From contig MHTL01000014.1 of NCBI GenBank assembly GCA_001823095.1, forward strand, positions 1,881 to 65,880: a stretch of 64,000 nt of DNA, given 5' to 3'. Origin of the DNA: Candidatus Vogelbacteria bacterium RIFOXYD1_FULL_51_18 (GTDB lineage Bacteria > Patescibacteriota > Minisyncoccia > Phycocordibacterales > UBA9988). Numbering within the stretch: position 1 is the stretch's first letter; every line of letters starts with the position of its first letter. Under the pieces are notes generated by a model that saw nothing but the letters and a program-made list of their open reading frames with translations, ran no database searches and was not told the DNA's origin. Position numbers and translations under genes: made by a program. Positions 55,668 through 64,000 of the stretch are shown one piece after another.

Positions 55668-57557
55668 TTATAGAATACTTGAAGGGTCAATATCAACTGC
55701 ATAGCGGGGAGACAACTCTTTCACAATACCCGCGAGTCGCTTATCCGGCCAGTGGGGAAAAGCTATTTTAAGGAGGATGTGCATAGCTCCCGTAGGACCG
55801 GCGTATAGTAATGGATTCCATTCGCGCAATTCCTCGGTAAGTTTTTCCATGTCTGTACGGATGGTATCGCGTTTTCCTTGCCGGCTGATTTTAATCAGTG
55901 TTGCGTAGGGCGGATAGTTGAGCGCGCGCCGAGCCTCAAGCTCGGCGCGCTGGAACTCCACAAGCTGTCCGCGCGCCGCATACGCGATAGTTGGCGCATC
56001 GGGGTTCCTTGTCTGAATGGCAAAATGCTCCACAGCCCGCTCTCGCAAGCGCGTAAGCATGACGAAGAGTCGCTCGCTGATTTTAAAGTCCGGTATGACG
56101 AGGAGCGTGTCCACCGAAATAATACCCACCAACTCAATGGGCGCTTGCAGGTAGGGGATAAGCATCTCTGTCCCGAGGAGAATACTCCCGCGTGTTGCAT
56201 AAAATTGCCGTACGCGCTCTTCTGCCACGGCGCGGCTCTTAACCGAGTCGCTGTCAAGGGAGAAGACCGGCACCCGGGGAAAACGCTCCTTGAGCTCCTC
56301 GCGCGCCTTCTGTGTCCCAATGCCGAGCATAACAAGCTTCCAACTGCCGCAGTTCTGACAACCTTCCGGCGGTTCCTGCAGAGCTCCGCACTGGTGGCAG
56401 GCGTAGATGTACTCACTTTCCCCGTTCTGCCGGCCAGCGGATTCATGGAGTACGACGGGGCTTCCACAGCGCAAGCAACGCACCGTCTCGCCGCAGTCAC
56501 CGCAGACGGTGGAAGGGGCAACGCCGCGCCGCGCGCCCAAAAGCGCTACGTGCCCTGCCTTTTTCACTGTTTCGGTAATCAGCTTTCCCAGCGCCTCGCC
56601 GATGGCGCGACCTTTCTCTTTTTTCTTTACCGCGCCGCGCTCCTCATTGCGCATGTTGATAAGATGCACTTCGCCGTGGGTATGCGCGCGCGTTTTGACG
56701 GGGACGAGAGGGGTAAGAGCGCCTGATTCTATGCGTAGCATCGATTCTGCGGAAAGCACGCTGTCTCCTGTAATAAAGCGCACCGAGCTTGCGTCGCAGA
56801 GAAATTCCGCAAAGCGGCGCATGTCAATAAATGGCCGCGCAAGCGCCTTGTACGCGCTGGTATTTTCCTGGTCAACAATAAGCGTCTCAACGGAGCCGCC
56901 GGTGAGCGCGAGCGCTGTCGGGGTGCCCACAATGAGGAGCGCGGTCCCATTGGCGAATTCTTTGATTATTTTTCCGAGCTCCTCCGTGCTCGTCTCGCCA
57001 TGCACGATACGCACAGAATTATTAATGCCTCGTCCCAGCACGAGAGCTGCGGCGGAGACGTCTTTGACTGTCGGTAGAATCACGAGCACGGAACGGCGTT
57101 TGACAAAGGTCTCGCGGATAAGTTTTTTATAGAGCGATAGCCGCTCCTCGTCACTGTCGGAGACCACATAGCGCTCCTCGCGAAGGCCACATTGATGTTG
57201 AGTAAGGGCGGGGAGAGATTCTCCGCAATCAAGAACAGTAGATGAGAGCACAACGGAGAGAACAAGAGAGAGCGGCGCGGCATAAAAATCCGCGCAGGCG
57301 CGCGCGGCGTCCAAGAATGCGGGGGAGAGATAGGCGCTGGTAAGCAGTTTGCCTATTTTTTTAAGGGAAAAACGCGAAGCCTTGAGCTCGGCCTTGTGCG
57401 TCACGGCGCTCTCGCAACCCGCTACCAGGGCGCGTACGCGCTTGCCCCGCAGGGGTATCTCCACCAGGTCCCCGGGGGAGAGTAGGGAGGCGGAGTAGTA
57501 CGTGAGCTCCTCCACAAAAGCCCCGCGGGCTATGGGGATTACCGTAACAACATTCAT
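55668..57557 (-). CDS. priA: primosomal protein N' (PriA helicase)
   Basis: N-terminal 3'-end-binding domain, helicase core, and Cys-rich zinc ribbons (CGDCGETVRCLRCGSP...CHQCGALQ...CQNCGS). Confidence 0.85.
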   Translation of the reverse strand: MNVVTVIPIARGAFVEELTYYSASLLSPGDLVEIPLRGKRVRALVAGCESAVTHKAELKASRFSLKKIGKLLTSAYLSPAFLDAARACADFYAAPLSLVLSVVLSSTVLDCGESLPALTQHQCGLREERYVVSDSDEERLSLYKKLIRETFVKRRSVLVILPTVKDVSAAALVLGRGINNSVRIVHGETSTEELGKIIKEFANGTALLIVGTPTALALTGGSVETLIVDQENTSAYKALARPFIDMRRFAEFLCDASSVRFITGDSVLSAESMLRIESGALTPLVPVKTRAHTHGEVHLINMRNEERGAVKKKEKGRAIGEALGKLITETVKKAGHVALLGARRGVAPSTVCGDCGETVRCLRCGSPVVLHESAGRQNGESEYIYACHQCGALQEPPEGCQNCGSWKLVMLGIGTQKAREELKERFPRVPVFSLDSDSVKSRAVAEERVRQFYATRGSILLGTEMLIPYLQAPIELVGIISVDTLLVIPDFKISERLFVMLTRLRERAVEHFAIQTRNPDAPTIAYAARGQLVEFQRAELEARRALNYPPYATLIKISRQGKRDTIRTDMEKLTEELREWNPLLYAGPTGAMHILLKIAFPHWPDKRLAGIVKELSPRYAVDIDPSSIL

Positions 57558-57621
57558 GGGCTAAGTATCAAGGAACAAGAGCCAAGTAGCAAGGGGGTAA
57601 TTTTTGCATTACAATGGCTCT

Positions 57622-58911
57622 ATGAAGAAGGAATTTTTTGAGATTAATGGCTTGGGAGGGGAGGCGGGATTGGAAGGGGAGATTAGAGTTTCCGGGGCAA
57701 AAAATGCCGCATTGCCGGCGCTCGCGAGCGCCGTGCTCTTTACGAATACGCTGACCTTGACTGAAATCCCGTCTATTGAAGACATCTTTCGCACGCAGGA
57801 AATGATTAGCGCCATTGGTGGAACGGTGCAGTTTGCGGACGGCACGATGGAGGTGGGCATTCCCGATTCGTGTACCCCTGACCTCACTGGCGATATTGCT
57901 AAACGCATGCGCGCTTCGGTCATTTTTACGGGGCCGCTACTCGCGCGCTTCCGCCGCGTGCGCTTCCCGCACCCGGGTGGTTGTGTTATCGGACCGCGGC
58001 CCATTGATATGTTTCTTGAAGCCTACGAGCGCATGGGAGCGACCGTGCGCATTGAAGACGGTTTGTATGAGGTGAGTGCTCCGCGAGGCCTGCGCGGCGC
58101 ATCTATTTTCTTCCGCCAGCAAAGTGTTACCGCCACCGAGGCAGTGATGCTCGCGGCGGCGCTTGCGGAAGGGACAACAATCATAGAGAATGCCGCATGT
58201 GAGCCGGAGATCGCGAGTGTCGCGGATTTCCTCATTGCAAATGGCGCGCAAATCAGCGGAGCCGGTTCTTCGACGATTACCATACGGGGTACGACGCTTC
58301 TTACTGCGCGAGAGCATTATCGCTGTATCCCCGACAGGATTGAAGCGGGCAGCTTTCTCATCCTTGCGGCGCTGGCGGGGAAAGATGTCCGCATACATAA
58401 TGTCAACTGTGCGCATATCCGTTCGCTCACTAATGAGCTTGAACGCGCAGGAGTGGAGCTACGCTACGGAGAGAATAGCGTACGCGTTGCAAAAAGCGCG
58501 CAATCCTACTGCCCGCTCACATTCAAAACGCACGAGTACCCTGGATTCCCTACTGACCTGCAGGCGCCCATGCTCGTTTTTCTCACGCAGGCGGGAGGGG
58601 AGAGCTTGGTATTTGAAACAGTGTTTGAAAACCGCCTTAATTACAGCGAGGAGCTCATGCGCATGGGAGCCGACATCACGGTCATGAATCCGCACCAAGC
58701 GCTCGTGCGCGGCCCGCGGAACTTGCATGGACGGGAGCTCCCGAGTCCCGACATCCGCGCCGGACTCGCATTTGTTATTGCCGCCGCTATTGCAGAAGGG
58801 AAGTCGCTGGTTCATAATGTATATTATATTGACCGCGGGTACGAGCGCATTGACGAGAGATTCGCCGCGCTCGGGCTCTCCATCATTCGTCATGAATTCG
58901 AAACTCATTGA
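57622..58911 (+). CDS. murA: UDP-N-acetylglucosamine 1-carboxyvinyltransferase
   Basis: RVSGAKNAALPALAS N-terminus and EPT-fold repeats throughout. Confidence 0.9.
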   Translation: MKKEFFEINGLGGEAGLEGEIRVSGAKNAALPALASAVLFTNTLTLTEIPSIEDIFRTQEMISAIGGTVQFADGTMEVGIPDSCTPDLTGDIAKRMRASVIFTGPLLARFRRVRFPHPGGCVIGPRPIDMFLEAYERMGATVRIEDGLYEVSAPRGLRGASIFFRQQSVTATEAVMLAAALAEGTTIIENAACEPEIASVADFLIANGAQISGAGSSTITIRGTTLLTAREHYRCIPDRIEAGSFLILAALAGKDVRIHNVNCAHIRSLTNELERAGVELRYGENSVRVAKSAQSYCPLTFKTHEYPGFPTDLQAPMLVFLTQAGGESLVFETVFENRLNYSEELMRMGADITVMNPHQALVRGPRNLHGRELPSPDIRAGLAFVIAAAIAEGKSLVHNVYYIDRGYERIDERFAALGLSIIRHEFETH

Positions 58912-60487
58912 TTACATCCGCACACAGACGGTGCTCGGGAAAACTCCAGAGGATATTTCGCAGGCTCTCATCACGCAGGGCGGATGGACCAAGGAGGAAG
59001 TTGCCGCCGCATTCACTGCATTCCGCGCTGAACGCAAGGCGCCCGAGATTGCCGTGGTGCGGGAAGAATATCATCCCTTGGCCGCATCAACGGTAAAAAA
59101 TCCCTCAACCATTCCCGAGGTCAAACCAGCCGCGAGGGCGAGACGTTTCTCCCTGCGCACCACCCTCATTCTTATCGCAGTGTTCCTTCTCCTTGCCGCC
59201 ACGGCCGCCTACGGCTACTTTGTATATCTGCCGACAATGAATCAGCCCTCGCTCGCGGAAGCGCTCCCGGAAATTGCGCGGGGCACTGCGGCCCTTCCCA
59301 GCGCGAGCTATGTCGGCTCATACCACGCAACGGGCACTTTCAGCTATATGAAGAGCGGCCCCTCTGCCGCTGCAGACCCTTCTACGCGTATAAGAGGCTC
59401 TTTTGATGCGCAGGCGCCTTTTTCTTTTTCTTACATCAAAGCTGACCCTGCGAATGAGGGCGACATAAAACTCCATGGCAGAATTGAGCCATACGTCGCT
59501 TTTTCCATGCCGCCGCTCTCTTTTATTGCCTCGGCAACCAGCTCATTTATTGTTGTGGATAAAACCTTCTACGCGCGTCTGGATGACATATCAGAGATAA
59601 TGCTCATCCCCTTTGATTTTTCCCAGCTGACCGACGTGTGGGTGAAAATGCCAGCCGATGAAAGTCAGACTTTGGAGACGGCGGAAGTCGGACTTCCAGC
59701 TGACGCGATTGCTTCCTCAACCGCACTTGCGAAGAAAGCTCTTGAAAGAGCGCTCAAAGAAGAAGTGATAAAAGTTGTTGATACTCTGCCCGGCGGGAGC
59801 ATTGGGGGAATGCGCACCTACCGCTACCGCTTCCAGATTGATGTGGGGAAGCTCTCAATCATTATTGCGGAGGAAACTCGCAATTCCGGTGGAGCTGATA
59901 TTACCGCAGAGCTTGACCGCGAATTTGCGGCGCTGCCGCCCTTATGGGGAGATCTCTGGATTGACCGCGATACGCTGGCACTGCGCCGCCTTACGGTTGC
60001 GTACCGTGTAAGCACAACGACCCCGTTGGACTCTGATACCGTTACCGAGTTTGACATCTCGTCGCTCTTCACCATTGAACGGCAAGGGAGCGTCCCTTCT
60101 GCCATTGCGGCCCCTGCGGATTCCGTAACGCTGGAGGAGCTCATGGACACAATCCGCTTCAGTAGTTTGCTCAAGGACCTTGACGATAGTTCCACAACGA
60201 CCGAGGCCGTTGCGCGCGAGCTGTGGAGCGGCAGAAATAAGCTTATGGAAAGCTACCCCGATGCCGCCACCAGTTCCCGCTCCTACCGTCGCTATCCTCC
60301 AAGCGCATGCAAAGACCTCGGGCTCTCTCCCACATGCCGCATCGGACCTGCCTCTTCCTGGGGCAACACCTTCGTTCTCTGGAGAAATTTGAGCGGGAAG
60401 CGTATACTCTGCGTTGACGAGGAGGATATGGAGATACTTGCCAAGCCGCTTAACAATACGGAGTATCGCTGCCCTTCCGTCTTCTAA
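58892..60487 (+). CDS. hypothetical single-pass membrane protein with large C-terminal extracytoplasmic domain
   Basis: About 100-aa cytoplasmic N-domain, TM LILIAVFLLLAATAAYGYFVYL, then 400 aa with no recognised domain; 20-nt overlap with murA. Confidence 0.5.
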   Translation: MNSKLIDYIRTQTVLGKTPEDISQALITQGGWTKEEVAAAFTAFRAERKAPEIAVVREEYHPLAASTVKNPSTIPEVKPAARARRFSLRTTLILIAVFLLLAATAAYGYFVYLPTMNQPSLAEALPEIARGTAALPSASYVGSYHATGTFSYMKSGPSAAADPSTRIRGSFDAQAPFSFSYIKADPANEGDIKLHGRIEPYVAFSMPPLSFIASATSSFIVVDKTFYARLDDISEIMLIPFDFSQLTDVWVKMPADESQTLETAEVGLPADAIASSTALAKKALERALKEEVIKVVDTLPGGSIGGMRTYRYRFQIDVGKLSIIIAEETRNSGGADITAELDREFAALPPLWGDLWIDRDTLALRRLTVAYRVSTTTPLDSDTVTEFDISSLFTIERQGSVPSAIAAPADSVTLEELMDTIRFSSLLKDLDDSSTTTEAVARELWSGRNKLMESYPDAATSSRSYRRYPPSACKDLGLSPTCRIGPASSWGNTFVLWRNLSGKRILCVDEEDMEILAKPLNNTEYRCPSVF

Positions 60488-60492
60488 CAACA

Positions 60493-61509
60493 ATGTTCAT
60501 CCGACGTCTCGGTATTGATCTGGGTACCGCGAATACTCTCGTGTATGTCCCCGGCAGGGGGATTGTGCTTAATGAACCTTCTGTGGTGGCAATTTCCGAA
60601 TATGACAAAAAAGTCCTTGCGGTGGGAGCCGAGGCAAAAAGGATGATAGGGAAGACTCCTGACTCCATAATTGCTTATCGCCCCATGAAAGACGGTGTCA
60701 TTGCCGACTACCGCGTCACCGAGGCAATGTTGCGCTACTTTATCGGGAAATCTCTCGGGCCTTGGAGTTTTCTCAAACCGGACGTGCTCGTCTCCGTCCC
60801 CGCGGGCATCACCTCCACGGAGCGTCGCGCCGTGATTGAAGCGGCGCTCAAAGCTGGAGCCAAGAACGCCTATGTGGTAAAGGAGCCCATCCTTGCGGCA
60901 ATCGGCGCGGGCATCCCCATCCAGGAAGCAACGGGGCACATGATTGTGGACATCGGCGGCGGCACCACCGATGTTGCCGTCATCTCGCTCGGTGGCATCG
61001 TTGCCTCCACCTCTGTGAAGTGCGCCGGGGACAAACTGGACCATGCAATCGGCGACTATATTAAAAAAAGCTTTAATCTCGCCATTGGCGACAAGAGCGC
61101 GGAGGAGCTGAAAATTCATATCGGCTCGGCTCTCCCCGTTGATGAGGAGCTCACTTATAACTTGAAGGGGCGCGACTTTATCACTGGACTCCCGCGTTCC
61201 ATTGAAATTAAGACCAACGAGATCGTGCGCGCCATACAACCTCAATTGCGGTTTATGATCAAGGCAATCAAAGACGTGTTCCAAGACACGCCGCCGGAGC
61301 TCGCGGCCGATATTATTGACCAGGGAATTACCATGACCGGTGGCTCTTCGCAGCTCCGCAACTTCCCCGAGCTCGTCTTTAAGCGCACGGGAGTAAAGGC
61401 CGCCATTGCGGAAAATGCGCTCTTTTGCGTCGCCAACGGCACTGGCGCGGCGCTCTCGCACCTTGCAATTTACAAGACGAGCATCCTCTCAAAAATTTCA
61501 AAACGGTGA
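60493..61509 (+). CDS. mreB: rod-shape determining protein MreB
   Basis: GIDLGTANTLVYV...DIGGGTTDVAVIS actin-fold ATPase motifs. Confidence 0.95.
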   Translation: MFIRRLGIDLGTANTLVYVPGRGIVLNEPSVVAISEYDKKVLAVGAEAKRMIGKTPDSIIAYRPMKDGVIADYRVTEAMLRYFIGKSLGPWSFLKPDVLVSVPAGITSTERRAVIEAALKAGAKNAYVVKEPILAAIGAGIPIQEATGHMIVDIGGGTTDVAVISLGGIVASTSVKCAGDKLDHAIGDYIKKSFNLAIGDKSAEELKIHIGSALPVDEELTYNLKGRDFITGLPRSIEIKTNEIVRAIQPQLRFMIKAIKDVFQDTPPELAADIIDQGITMTGGSSQLRNFPELVFKRTGVKAAIAENALFCVANGTGAALSHLAIYKTSILSKISKR

Positions 61510-62090
61510 AGCACGACGCACTCCTCTCATATATTGCTACGCATCCTCACCACGCATACATCGTGCGCGGCGCTTTTCCCGAGGCGACGTTGGCTCTTCG
61601 GGATTGCTATCTTGTCGAGCGCGACGTTCTGCGCATAGAAGACGTGCGGTTCTTGCGCGCCTCGGCAAGCCGCATCAATGAGAGCTCCTCAATCATCCTC
61701 CTGCGCGCGCAGGCAATCCTTGTGGAAGCGCAACACGCGCTCCTTAAAGCGCTTGAGGAGCCGGTGGAAGGGCTCATCTACCTGATACATGTGCGCACGG
61801 CGCACTCCTTGCTCTCGACGCTTATCTCGCGCTGTTGTGTTATAGACATGTCTGACCCGTGTGTAAATCCCGAAATAGAGAACTTTCTTTCCTTTTCACT
61901 CCGCAGGCGCATGGACTATATTGCGCAGGCTGTGGAGAGTGAAGGGCACGGGGACGCGTATGCGCTGTTGGAAAATCTTTTGCGAGAGCGGAAAACACAA
62001 ACGCTCCTTACTGCCTATCGTGCAGTAAGCAGGCATCCGCTGGGCCTGCGTCAGATACTAGAGCATTTTGCGCTCACTCTAAAAAACTAA
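61506..62090 (+). CDS. holB: DNA polymerase III delta'-like clamp-loader subunit (degenerate P-loop, GTG start)
   Basis: HHAYIVRG and the sensor motif EAQHALLKALEEP (compare QNALLKTLEEPP); GTGA overlap with the mreB stop. Confidence 0.6.
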   Translation: MKHDALLSYIATHPHHAYIVRGAFPEATLALRDCYLVERDVLRIEDVRFLRASASRINESSSIILLRAQAILVEAQHALLKALEEPVEGLIYLIHVRTAHSLLSTLISRCCVIDMSDPCVNPEIENFLSFSLRRRMDYIAQAVESEGHGDAYALLENLLRERKTQTLLTAYRAVSRHPLGLRQILEHFALTLKN

Positions 62091-62111
62091 ACACTGAGTG
62101 TTTAGTTTTTT
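62081..62111. terminator. hairpin aaaaaactaaacact-gag-tgtttagtttttt (bidirectional terminator-like) at the holB stop
   Basis: 15-bp perfect stem flanked by A and T runs. Confidence 0.7.
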
Positions 62112-62146
62112 ATTGATAACACAGATTATGATACACTCTTACATAC

Positions 62147-62701
62147 ATGAATTATAATTTTCACACATTCAAGGAACGCGCACAGGCGGTAGAGAATTGG
62201 TTCTCCGAGGAACTTTCACTCCTGCGTACAGGCAAGGCTATTCCCCAGGTGCTAGACAAAGTGCTCGTGGAGGCCTACGGTCAAAAGAGCGAGCTCACGC
62301 ATGTGGGCAGTATTGCGGTGCACGATGCCCGGACGCTCTATATTACGCCATGGGACAGCTCGCTCATAGGGGCGATACAGAAGGGGATAGACGGTGCAAA
62401 CATCGGCGTCTCTGTGGTAGTGGAGGGGGGAGGCGTGCGGGTTATTTTTCCCGAGCTCACCGGCGAGCGGCGTGCCCAGTTGGTAAAACTCGTGGGGCAG
62501 AAACTTGAGGACGCGCGCATTTCACTGCGCGCTGAACGGGAAAAAGTCCTCGGTGACATGAGTATGAAGGAAGAGGATAAGGAGCTCTCTGAAGATGAGC
62601 GCTTCCGCGCCAAGGAGGAACTCCAGCGTCTCATTAACGAGGGTAATGCCCGGTTGGAGACGCTTGCAGAGAAAAAACGCGCGGAAATGAAAACGCTATG
62701 A
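62147..62701 (+). CDS. frr: ribosome recycling factor
   Basis: Conserved RRF blocks (LSLLRTGKA..., VSVVVEGGGVRVIFPELTGERR...). Confidence 0.9.
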   Translation: MNYNFHTFKERAQAVENWFSEELSLLRTGKAIPQVLDKVLVEAYGQKSELTHVGSIAVHDARTLYITPWDSSLIGAIQKGIDGANIGVSVVVEGGGVRVIFPELTGERRAQLVKLVGQKLEDARISLRAEREKVLGDMSMKEEDKELSEDERFRAKEELQRLINEGNARLETLAEKKRAEMKTL

Positions 62702-63756
62702 ATATCATTATCTTTCTCGCTATTTTAGTGCTGTTGATTATAGTCCATGAGCTGGGGCACTTTATTGTTGCGAAGCGCGCTCGGGTGGGTGTGGACGAAT
62801 TTGCCGTTGGATTCCCTCCGCGCATCTGGGGAGTCCGTAAGGGAGAGACGCTCTACGCGCTGGGCGCACTTCCCATCGGCGGCTACGTTAAAATCAGAGG
62901 TGAGGACGGGGGGTCCCATGATGACCCTCGGTCGCTTGCGAGCAAACCGCGTCTCGTGCAGGCGGCGGTGCTTCTGGGAGGAGTGACGATGAATGCGCTC
63001 CTCGGCTGGGCGCTCATCTCGGGCGGGCTCATGCTGGGGCTCCCCATTTCCGATTCCGCGCTCCCTGAAGGCTACCAGCTCAATAACCCGGCGACTATCA
63101 TCACGAGCGTAAGCGCAGATTCTCCGGCAGCGCGCGCCGGTGTCAATTCCGGTGATACCGTTCTTGCAATCAATACATTGGAGAACCCGACGATAGAGAA
63201 TGTAAAATCAATTGTGGAACGCTCGCCCGGGGGAGTGGAATTTACACTCCTCTCTGACGGAATTTCTCGCACGGTTGTTGTCACGCCGGAAAAAAGCGGA
63301 GGAGAGCAACGCGTCGGCGTCAGTCTTGACCGCATCGGGACCTTACAGCTTTCAATTCCGAATGCCGTCATTTCTGGTTTGTCCATGACTGTCTCGCTGG
63401 TGTGGGCAACACTCTCGGCGCTTGTTGAAATTATCCGCTCGCTCTTTGCAGGCGCACCAGCTTTGGAAGCGCTCACCGGGCCGGTCGGACTGGTGGGTCT
63501 CGTGGGGACCGCGCGTGGGTTGGGATTCATCTACCTTATTTCGCTTACCGCAATCATCTCGGTGAACCTTGCCGTGGTGAACCTGCTCCCATTCCCCGCG
63601 CTTGACGGAGGACGCCTGCTCGTCCTTGCCATTGAGAGTATGCTCCGGCGCCCCCTGCCCGCGCCCCTTACCGGCGCACTGCACCTTGCCGGCTTTATTG
63701 TGCTGATTGCGCTCATGCTCCTGATTACCGTGCGCGATATTCATAATCTCTATTGA
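62698..63756 (+). CDS. rseP: RIP metalloprotease RseP (site-2 protease, M50 family) with PDZ domain
   Basis: HELGHFIVAKR zinc motif, PDZ segment, and the C-terminal LPFPALDGG motif. Confidence 0.9.
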   Translation: MNIIIFLAILVLLIIVHELGHFIVAKRARVGVDEFAVGFPPRIWGVRKGETLYALGALPIGGYVKIRGEDGGSHDDPRSLASKPRLVQAAVLLGGVTMNALLGWALISGGLMLGLPISDSALPEGYQLNNPATIITSVSADSPAARAGVNSGDTVLAINTLENPTIENVKSIVERSPGGVEFTLLSDGISRTVVVTPEKSGGEQRVGVSLDRIGTLQLSIPNAVISGLSMTVSLVWATLSALVEIIRSLFAGAPALEALTGPVGLVGLVGTARGLGFIYLISLTAIISVNLAVVNLLPFPALDGGRLLVLAIESMLRRPLPAPLTGALHLAGFIVLIALMLLITVRDIHNLY

Positions 63757-63776
63757 TGTGCGTTATACTGTAGGGG

Positions 63777-64000
63777 ATGGCTCGCGCATATTCATCCAAA
63801 ACGCTCCCCATCGCCGCATCGCTCGCTTTTGCGTTTGTTATTGTGCTCATTGCTCTCTCATGGGAATGGCCGCCGATAGCTACGGAGCAAGGAGCGGATG
63901 TGTTCAGTGACGGAGAAGTACGCATGCCGCCGACTTCTGCATACTGCACAGCGCCCGGAGGTGAGACGCTTGCAGATCGTTTTACCGCCTTTAAAAAGCT
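63777..64000 (+). CDS. hypothetical membrane-anchored protein, 5' portion (continues beyond the window)
   Basis: ATG at 63777 followed by an open frame to the window end, with a TM helix IAASLAFAFVIVLIAL. Confidence 0.3.
   Translation, partial: MARAYSSKTLPIAASLAFAFVIVLIALSWEWPPIATEQGADVFSDGEVRMPPTSAYCTAPGGETLADRFTAFKK

Overview
This window is a high-GC, gene-dense bacterial chromosome segment. Its gene content and compact domain architectures look Patescibacteria/CPR-like, which is an inference, not a search result. Supporting signs are tandem type IV pilins, a ThrRS without the N-terminal domains, an RNase R without cold-shock domains, a 730-aa SMC, a 1052-aa RpoB, and fused genes (NusB-NUDIX, CdaA-YbbR).

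The housekeeping backbone comprises gyrB (3' end), thrS, dnaE, rnhB, rpmF, nusB-nudix, rnc, smc, rnr, rpsP, a KH-domain gene, trmD, rpoB, rpoC, dnaG, rpoD, glycerate kinase, ppsA, a 2-hydroxyacid dehydrogenase, cdaA-ybbR, eno, an RRM protein, an adenylate kinase-like gene, a PEBP gene, mpg, pyrD-like (two copies), pyrC, prmC, hpf, fmt, def, priA, murA, mreB, holB-like, frr and rseP.

Between about 38.0 and 45.7 kb lies a visibly AT-richer accessory island abutting a tRNA-Asn(GTT). It carries a Fic protein, a Panacea-domain antitoxin with an uncharacterised partner ORF, an AbiEi/AbiEii abortive-infection pair, and a large serine recombinase. The 3' end of the recombinase is disrupted by a 101-bp tandem duplication.

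Two hairpin-repeat families are visible directly in the sequence:
- Long perfect palindromes share a conserved TCACGATCGTGA core. They sit immediately upstream of start codons of dnaE, a wHTH/Cas2-like gene (which they bracket on both sides), a small membrane protein gene, the Fic gene and pyrD.
- An ACACCGAGTGT stem family is used as a terminator after rpoC and is also embedded in-frame inside fmt.

No CRISPR array, rRNA or transposase was found.
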